From a virus (lineage: Duplodnaviria; Caudoviricetes): a stretch of 52,270 bases of DNA. Position 1 is the stretch's first letter. The number at the start of each line of letters is the position of its first letter. The stretch is from IMG/VR virus record IMGVR_UViG_3300032173_000009, positions 1 to 52,270 of that record; one strand, written 5' to 3'. Positions 46,189 through 52,270 of the stretch are shown piece by piece. The notes beneath the pieces were generated by a model. That model was not told the DNA's origin. It saw only the letters and a program-made list of their open reading frames with translations, and searched no databases. The position numbers and the translations under genes were made by a program.

Positions 46189-46605
46189 ATGGCAGACAAC
46201 CTGAGCGACTACCTGGAGAACAAGCTCCTAGAGCACACGGTAGGCAAGACATCCTACACGATGCCGGGGACAGTCTACGTTGGCCTGGCCACAGCCAGTC
46301 CAGCAGACGACTACAGTGGGTCAGCCTACGAGCTCGGCACGACCGGGAGTGGCTATAGCCGTAAGGCTGCGGTAGGCACCGCCTGGAATAGTGCCTCTGG
46401 CGGGACTATAACGACTGCTGCTGCTATTGATTTTGGCACGGCGACGGCTGACTGGGGCACTGTCACGCATGGCCTGATCTCCGACAGCCCCACGAGAGCT
46501 GCTGGCAACCTGCTGTGGCATGGGGCGCTGGGTACACCTAAGATCGTACAGAGCGGTGACACCTTCCAGATTCCAGCGGGGAGCCTCAAGCTGAGTATGG
46601 CGTAG
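46189..46605 (+). CDS. minor tail/fiber-associated protein
   Basis: LSDYLENKLL, YVGL, GYSR, FGTATADWGTVTH, GNLLWHGAL, GDTFQI. Confidence 0.8.
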   Translation: MADNLSDYLENKLLEHTVGKTSYTMPGTVYVGLATASPADDYSGSAYELGTTGSGYSRKAAVGTAWNSASGGTITTAAAIDFGTATADWGTVTHGLISDSPTRAAGNLLWHGALGTPKIVQSGDTFQIPAGSLKLSMA

Positions 46606-46613
46606 GAGGTAAG

Positions 46614-47033
46614 ATGGCTGCACGGGTTTGCCGCACGGACGCTGACCTTGATCTCGCCCGCTGGCGTTTGCAGGCGCGGCAGATTGACGTGAGCATTGCT
46701 GACCTGAAGGTAGATCATGCCGTCGTGACGATTGACGACGAGAGCGGCGTCTTCTGGGCGAGGCTGGACGATAACCCCGCCGACGGGTCGCCATGCTGGT
46801 GGGTTCTCTGGCACTTTGAGCAACAGTGGGGGCCTCTCGTTGTGGCCGCCTGCGAGGAGGCTGTGCGGCTGGGCCTAGGTGACATACCGGCGCGCTGGAT
46901 CGTCCCCGCCGGCAACCCCATCGAGGACTGGTACAAGGGGACGCTCAAGGCCAGGGTCTCCACAACGGCCGAGAAGCAGCACAAGTACGAGATCACACCT
47001 GCAAAGGTCATAGCAGCTCTGAAGGTAGCATAA
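46614..47033 (+). CDS. hypothetical protein
   Basis: AGGAGGT SD; TAATG overlap with the next gene. Confidence 0.65.
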   Translation: MAARVCRTDADLDLARWRLQARQIDVSIADLKVDHAVVTIDDESGVFWARLDDNPADGSPCWWVLWHFEQQWGPLVVAACEEAVRLGLGDIPARWIVPAGNPIEDWYKGTLKARVSTTAEKQHKYEITPAKVIAALKVA

Positions 47034-49579
47034 TGGCGTGGCAGCAGTGGCAGTCCTGCGGCGGAGAGTTCCGAGAGAAGATTGCCTACGTAAACACGAG
47101 CTACACGTCCAATCTTGTGTGGGATGCTACCCGCGTCCAGACTGGCATAGGCGCCATCAAGCTCCCGACGAACACGGCGGGCAACAACTACCTCTATGCA
47201 TTCGCTAATCCTGCCACCTGGGGAACGGCTGCCCTGTGGATGCTCCAGGCTTATGTTGGGCTTAGCGGCACGCCGACCAGCGAAATAGGTCTACTCAGTG
47301 AAAACCCGGCTACAACGGCCGCCCGCTATCTACGTATCGGTACCGACAGGAAGCTGCGGCTTTATGACGACAGTGGCAACCTTATTCTCGGCCCCACAAC
47401 CGGCACGATTCCTACGACAGGGCTGACACACGTAGCCCTTTTCCTCGTTAAAGAAGCCTTCCCTGGGGGCTGGGGCTCGAAGCACGCCTATATCTTCCTA
47501 GGTGGTGTTCAGGACGTGCATGGCGCGGCGGCCTGGGTAGCTTCTTTCCTGTGGTGGGGCGAGGTAACATCTGCCGCACGCGGCGCTGACCTCTATCTCG
47601 ACGACTGTGTCGCGGCCTACACAACGACCGCCGGTGATGCCCCCTGGGTAACCCAGGCCCCGCAGTGTCACGAGTTAGCCCAGTTTCCCGTATCGGCCGG
47701 TTCCTACTCTGAGTGGACCGGCACACCCGAGGCGACGAACAAATACCTAAACTGGGACGGGGACGAACTGCCGGAGGACGATGAGGATACGTCCTACAAC
47801 TACTGCTCGGCGGTGGCGGCCGAGACGCATCATGGGCAGAACAGACTTACGGTTGGTATGCCTTCCAATGCCCTGATTGACAGCTGCATGTTGCTCGGTG
47901 CCCATCGCCTTTCCAGTGGTGGAAAGGGCGTATACACTGGAAGGGTTAGGCGCGTATCTACCGATGGAGACGTTCAGATTCCCGGTCCAGAAAGCACCTA
48001 CACATGGAACCGCAGCCCTGATCGATGCGTGGTTTCCCGACCTGGCGGCGGTTCTTGGATGCCCGCAGACTTGGACGACTTGGAAATGGGCTTCTACTCC
48101 TCGCTGTCCGGCGGGTATTTCTCATCGGTATGGTGCGTGACAGTCGTGGCCCTGACGTGGGTCTATCACACGACGTACCTGGGCCTAGCGACAAGCCCGC
48201 CAGCAGGCAGCTCTATTCAGATGTCGGCGGCTAGCAATTTGTCTGTATTATCTCAGAGGGGGACACAGGTCTCTGAAATACTCACTGCCTCCAGCGTCCA
48301 AACTGCTCTGGCGGAAAAGAGGGCACAGGGTTTCGCAGACTTTGCAAGTTTGGGTGCCCAAGTCGTTGCCACCCAACGGTTGGCACAAGCCAGTGGGACT
48401 TTGTCAGCAGAAGGGGCGCAGTCCATATCAGCTTTGCGTGGTGCTGAGAATAGTCTTAGTCTAGCAGCTTCAAGCGAAGAGATCACTACGGCTCAAATAG
48501 CTCGGTTTGCAACTCTTGGCCAGCAGAGCGAGTCAGACTTCCTTATCGATGCTCTGGTGCAGGCAGCAGGAGGTGCTTCCTACCTCGATACTCTTATTCT
48601 CTCAGCAGAGAGTGCTTTCCAGCTACTGGCCCAAGCGGGGCGGTTATCTTCCTTGTTAGCCTCTAGCCAGTCAGACTTTGCTGCCGGATCACAACGAGGT
48701 CGCTTCTCACAGGTGGCGCTCTCATCGCAGTCCGCTCTCTCTACACTTGCGCTCCGAAGCCTCCTAGAAGGGCTAGACCTAGGAGCTGCTAGCGATTCCA
48801 TGACTGTAACACGGGTCGGGCGGATCTCCCCACTGGCCCTCTCTGGAGACGGCAGCCTCGCAGTAAACGGGATGCGGAGTCTCTTTGTTACCCTTGGCCC
48901 ACAGAGTGAGTCTGACTTCCTCGTCGATGGCCTTGTTGGTGTTCCGGGTGGAGTTTCTCACCTTGATAGCCTTATTCTTTCGGCAGAAAGCACCCTGCTA
49001 CTCTTGGCCTGTGCGGGGCGACTGAGTACTCTCCCGGTCTCTGGACAGTCAATCTTCTCCATTGGAACACAGCGGGGTCGGTTGTCTCAGATTGTGCTGG
49101 GGGGTGAAGGGACGGTAGTCACCCTTAGTGCTACACGAGTGGCTGCTTCTGTCTTTGACCTCCTAGGTCAAAGCGCTATCTCCGTAGCGACCTCTCGCAG
49201 GATTGCTGACGGGCTGGCGCTGGAAGTGGCTAGCGACTTCCTAGCTGCCCTCCAAGTAGGGAGGCTCTCAGCTCTAACTCTTTCGACAGAAAGCAGCTTC
49301 TCAGCGAGCGGAGTACGGGGTCTCCTGGCTCTCCTTGCTCTACTAGCTGAGGCTTTGGTGTCCGTGGAGGCGCTTCGCGGGGCTGCTGCTGTGCTGACCA
49401 TAGAGGGCGAGGGAACACTCCTCATGCTTCCACGGGCAGGCCTCTCCGCTATGCTGCTGTTTGATACCGAGGGAATCTTCTCTCTTGATGCTCTCTTTGC
49501 CCGGAGACCGTTTGTCGGCAAGATTTACCTGCCGGCCTCCTACAAGCCAAGGATAGAAATCGATGCCAGCTACGATTAG
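47033..49579 (+). CDS. large tail fiber / receptor-binding protein
   Basis: N-terminal lectin-like beta domains; Ser/Ala/Leu-rich repetitive stalk with a ~120-aa internal duplication (QSESDFLxD...LDxLILSAES twice). Confidence 0.7.
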   Translation: MAWQQWQSCGGEFREKIAYVNTSYTSNLVWDATRVQTGIGAIKLPTNTAGNNYLYAFANPATWGTAALWMLQAYVGLSGTPTSEIGLLSENPATTAARYLRIGTDRKLRLYDDSGNLILGPTTGTIPTTGLTHVALFLVKEAFPGGWGSKHAYIFLGGVQDVHGAAAWVASFLWWGEVTSAARGADLYLDDCVAAYTTTAGDAPWVTQAPQCHELAQFPVSAGSYSEWTGTPEATNKYLNWDGDELPEDDEDTSYNYCSAVAAETHHGQNRLTVGMPSNALIDSCMLLGAHRLSSGGKGVYTGRVRRVSTDGDVQIPGPESTYTWNRSPDRCVVSRPGGGSWMPADLDDLEMGFYSSLSGGYFSSVWCVTVVALTWVYHTTYLGLATSPPAGSSIQMSAASNLSVLSQRGTQVSEILTASSVQTALAEKRAQGFADFASLGAQVVATQRLAQASGTLSAEGAQSISALRGAENSLSLAASSEEITTAQIARFATLGQQSESDFLIDALVQAAGGASYLDTLILSAESAFQLLAQAGRLSSLLASSQSDFAAGSQRGRFSQVALSSQSALSTLALRSLLEGLDLGAASDSMTVTRVGRISPLALSGDGSLAVNGMRSLFVTLGPQSESDFLVDGLVGVPGGVSHLDSLILSAESTLLLLACAGRLSTLPVSGQSIFSIGTQRGRLSQIVLGGEGTVVTLSATRVAASVFDLLGQSAISVATSRRIADGLALEVASDFLAALQVGRLSALTLSTESSFSASGVRGLLALLALLAEALVSVEALRGAAAVLTIEGEGTLLMLPRAGLSAMLLFDTEGIFSLDALFARRPFVGKIYLPASYKPRIEIDASYD

Positions 49580-49721
49580 CCTGCCCGCGTCCTACAAGGT
49601 CTTACTGAGTCTGCCTGCCTCGTCTATTGTCCGGCTAAGTTTTCCAGCCTCTTACCTGACGCGAGTGGCTCTTCCAGCATCCTATAAGCCAACTTTGAAC
49701 TTAGGAGCATCAGCCGTATGA
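49563..49721 (+). CDS. 52-aa LPASY decapeptide-repeat ORF
   Basis: MPATIS LPASYKVLLS LPASSIVRLS FPASYLTRVA LPASYKPTLN LGASAV. Confidence 0.5.
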   Translation: MPATISLPASYKVLLSLPASSIVRLSFPASYLTRVALPASYKPTLNLGASAV

Positions 49722-50077
49722 GTGAAGAAGCAACCATCTCAGCAGCAGACAACTGGTTCATTGGCGAGGATAAGACCCTACGCTTTACCGTGCTCGACTC
49801 GACGGGAACGGCAGCTCAGAACATCACCGGCTGGGCTCTTGAGTGGATACTGCGGACTCGACCCGACGCTGAAGGCACAGCTATCTACAAGGCAGGAACA
49901 GCAGCCATTACCATCACGGACGGGTCGGCTGGGATTTGTGACGTGGCCATCGCGGATACCGATACTGGAACACTAAGTCCTGGCGAGTACTACCACACAC
50001 TACGGCGGACCGATGAGGGTTCGGAGACCGTGCTCTCCTTTGGTAAGGTCTCGCTCCGACAGGCAGCGAGCAGATAG
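49718..50077 (+). CDS. BppU-N-like baseplate/tail protein
   Basis: GEDKTLRFTV, NITGW, DTGTLSPGEYY. Confidence 0.7.
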   Translation: MSEEATISAADNWFIGEDKTLRFTVLDSTGTAAQNITGWALEWILRTRPDAEGTAIYKAGTAAITITDGSAGICDVAIADTDTGTLSPGEYYHTLRRTDEGSETVLSFGKVSLRQAASR

Positions 50078-50086
50078 GAGGTAGAG

Positions 50087-50284
50087 GTGAACCAAGTCAT
50101 CCTACGAGTCTGCTTTGCCGGTGTCTTTGCATTGCTGGCACTCGGCGGTGCGATCCTTCTCGAAGCGATCAATGCGGATAGGGGTGGGGCACCAGAGTGG
50201 CTGACCGCCATCGCTGCCCTGGCCGCTGGTTATGCCTTTGGTCACATGCAGGCCAACGGCTTTGGCAATAAGAAGGGCAAGTAG
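50087..50284 (+). CDS. holin-like membrane protein
   Basis: Two TM segments, basic C-terminus, upstream of lysin. Confidence 0.6.
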   Translation: MNQVILRVCFAGVFALLALGGAILLEAINADRGGAPEWLTAIAALAAGYAFGHMQANGFGNKKGK

Positions 50285-50535
50285 TGCCATCCGTCAGCGA
50301 CTTCAAGCATATCTACCTGCTTGCGGGAGGTCTCATCCTGGCCGGCATCATCATAGCTCTGACCGCCGAGGTCATCGCCGCCTGGTTCAATAGGCAGCCA
50401 GGGGACACGATTAGCGAGATCGTCTGGAGCTCCCACGTGCCCGGCTTCCTCCTTATCATAGCGACGGGCATCTGGGTTTCTGTCGGTATCGGCTTGGGAA
50501 TACACTTTATAGCACGAGGAAGAGGAGACCTGTGA
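50284..50535 (+). CDS. two-TM membrane protein (lysis cassette)
   Basis: Two hydrophobic helices around PGDTISE. Confidence 0.6.
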   Translation: MPSVSDFKHIYLLAGGLILAGIIIALTAEVIAAWFNRQPGDTISEIVWSSHVPGFLLIIATGIWVSVGIGLGIHFIARGRGDL

Positions 50536-50783
50536 CGTGGTGTCCTCCGCACCGGAGCACGTCACTAAATGGGGCATTCAGCCCGAAAGGATGGGATGGA
50601 CTAATGAGAGGCAGAGGGTTACCCAGGTACATTCTCAATAGGACGTGGTTTGGCTTGAGAGTCGTCGTCCACGACCGCGAGAACCTGACTGAGCGGTGCA
50701 ACACTGACCAGATCAAGCGGCGGAGCGAGGCTCGTGAGCTCGACCCAAGCTGGAAGAAGTGCAGGTGGTGCTTTGGTTCCTAA
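50532..50783 (+). CDS. hypothetical protein
   Basis: H...ERCNTD...CRWC; GTGA overlap. Confidence 0.55.
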   Translation: MTWCPPHRSTSLNGAFSPKGWDGLMRGRGLPRYILNRTWFGLRVVVHDRENLTERCNTDQIKRRSEARELDPSWKKCRWCFGS

Positions 50784-51597
50784 GCTTGCAGGCCGCTGGG
50801 CCTGGTGGAACCAGAACTCCAGCCAGTCTTTCGACCTAGCCAAAATGGTGCAGCGGGCAAAGGACGCTCGGCTGAACGGAGTCATCATCAAGTACGGCTG
50901 GCCCGACGTGGAGCGGGCGTTCACAGCAGCAGGTTTTCCTTTCGCTGTTGAGCGCTATGTTTACCCCACACAGCCTGAGAAGGAAGCCACAATGCTAGCA
51001 AACGCTGTGGATGCTGGTGCTATCGCTGCCGTGATTAATGCGGAGGTAGAGTGGGAGCCACTGGGGCCGGAGCCGATGGAGCGCTTGATAGCCGCCTTCC
51101 GCGCTCGGCACCCGACGGTTGAGCTCTATGCCTCAGTGGACACGAGAGGCAACCGGCTGTCTCTGCCATATCAGAGAGTGCTAGCCCAACACATCGCTGG
51201 CTGGCTCCCGATGGTCTACCCGCTAGCATTCAGGCCGTCCCGTCCAGCAGGCTATGTCGCTAGTGCGTTTGCTGACTGCCTGGACGGTAAGGGCTTCGGC
51301 GGCATCCCCGTGCTGCCTACGATCCAGACTTATGATGGCATCGGTTCCTCTGCGGTGCGCGAGGAGCTGGCTGAGGTCAAGCAGCGGAACCTTCTTGGCT
51401 GTCAGGCCTACACGATCTGCCATGCCACAGACGAGGAGTGGGCCGAGTTCGCTCGGCAGGAGGCGGAGATGAGTGACGCGGACAAAGCAGAGCTGTACGT
51501 CCTGCGCGTGCTGAGGGGTGTGAGTGAAGCTCTCGCTCAGGGTAGGCTCCAGGACGCGGTGAATGCTCTGAAGGTTTACCTAGGCGTGACGGCCTGA
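50773..51597 (+). CDS. endolysin, TIM-barrel glycoside hydrolase-like (putative)
   Basis: GVIIK, YVYP...EA, VINAEVEW, WLPMVY; follows membrane genes; start uncertain. Confidence 0.65.
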   Translation: MVPKLAGRWAWWNQNSSQSFDLAKMVQRAKDARLNGVIIKYGWPDVERAFTAAGFPFAVERYVYPTQPEKEATMLANAVDAGAIAAVINAEVEWEPLGPEPMERLIAAFRARHPTVELYASVDTRGNRLSLPYQRVLAQHIAGWLPMVYPLAFRPSRPAGYVASAFADCLDGKGFGGIPVLPTIQTYDGIGSSAVREELAEVKQRNLLGCQAYTICHATDEEWAEFARQEAEMSDADKAELYVLRVLRGVSEALAQGRLQDAVNALKVYLGVTA

Positions 51598-51629
51598 GAA
51601 AATTCCTCCAAAATATCTCCTGATAGGTA

Positions 51630-51659
51630 TTGACATATTACTGTCACCTCCTATATCAT
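51630..51659 (+). promoter_or_regulatory. promoter with TGACA-N6-TGTCA palindrome
   Basis: TTGACA-18 bp-TATCAT; inverted repeat 51631-51646; ATG 7 nt after the -10. Confidence 0.65.
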
Positions 51660-51666
51660 TGGGGGC

Positions 51667-51867
51667 ATGGACGACCGGTTCACTTTCACTCCGTACCGAG
51701 TCAAACGCCTTAGGCTAGCGCTGAAGCTTACTCAGGAGCAGTTCGCTGCGAAGCTAGGCTGCACCCTGTTTACCATCACTCGCTGGGAGTCCGGCCACAC
51801 AGCTCCACGTGCTGGTCCACTAGTGGGTAGGCTTCTAGAGTTGGAGCGAGAGGTAAAAATAGAGTGA
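51667..51867 (+). CDS. Cro/cI-like XRE HTH regulator
   Basis: VKRLRLALKLTQEQFAAKLGCTLFTITRWESG. Confidence 0.88.
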   Translation: MDDRFTFTPYRVKRLRLALKLTQEQFAAKLGCTLFTITRWESGHTAPRAGPLVGRLLELEREVKIE

Positions 51868-52270
51868 CTCGCTCCCTACCTGGCCCACCTCTCCCTGACA
51901 GGAGGCTAATAGTCTTCGCTGGTGCTGACTGCGGAAGTGAGGCCCGGAAAGCTCTGCGTGAGTGCCGCGTCGATGCGGTAATGTGTAGTTTTCAGAACTT
52001 CAAAGGTAAACTGCCATCACCCGGGTGGGAGAGTGCACGGAGTGAGTTTGACACTTGGCCACAGTACCGCTACCTGGACTCAGGGGCCTTCAGTTTGCTC
52101 AAGGAGTACGAAGGCTCCCGTATCAAGGTCGCTAACCAACCCAAGGCTCAGGCACGGGCAGGCCTTGCTAGGCAGGCCGCGCGAGGACCTGGCAAGAAGT
52201 TCGTCGCGGTAGAGCTCATCAAAGGACACTTAATGGCCTACATAGCCTTCCTGAAGCACTATCTGGACGA
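51864..52270 (+). CDS. DpdA/TGT-like deazaguanine transglycosylase, N-terminal part (3' truncated)
   Basis: Not in the ORF track; GTGA overlap; translates to ...IVFAGAD...VMCSF...YLDSGAFS...YIAFLKHYLD. Confidence 0.7.
   Translation, partial: MTRSLPGPPLPDRRLIVFAGADCGSEARKALRECRVDAVMCSFQNFKGKLPSPGWESARSEFDTWPQYRYLDSGAFSLLKEYEGSRIKVANQPKAQARAGLARQAARGPGKKFVAVELIKGHLMAYIAFLKHYLD

Noticed and set aside
1-52270. Prophage/integration module or diversity-generating retroelement
   Set aside because: No integrase, att-like boundary, host genes or reverse transcriptase recognised in the window.

Overview
This 52 kb window looks like most of a GC-rich tailed phage genome (siphovirus-like), with essentially all genes on the + strand. 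I saw no integrase, and the host cannot be determined from the sequence. Gene order: partial queC, SNF2 helicase, DUF932, then a Nop/IS110-domain gene flanked by two 36-nt dual-repeat arrays. Next come a UDG-fused family A polymerase, a recombination module (PD-(D/E)XK exonuclease, Sak4-like ATPase, SSB, VRR-NUC), a tRNA-like element, a primase-helicase with a likely origin, a DNA methyltransferase and queD/queE/PRTase-folE. These are followed by a small-gene region with a complete type II hammerhead ribozyme, head genes, a glycosyltransferase/B12-radical-SAM/methyltransferase cluster, csrA, tail and lysis genes, an HTH regulator and a partial dpdA-like gene. The standout is the 3155-4748 locus, whose architecture matches TIGR-Tas RNA-guided systems. 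It has about 20 guide units split on both sides of a nuclease-less TasA-like protein that carries a zinc-ribbon insertion. All calls come from motif recognition by eye; no database searches were run.
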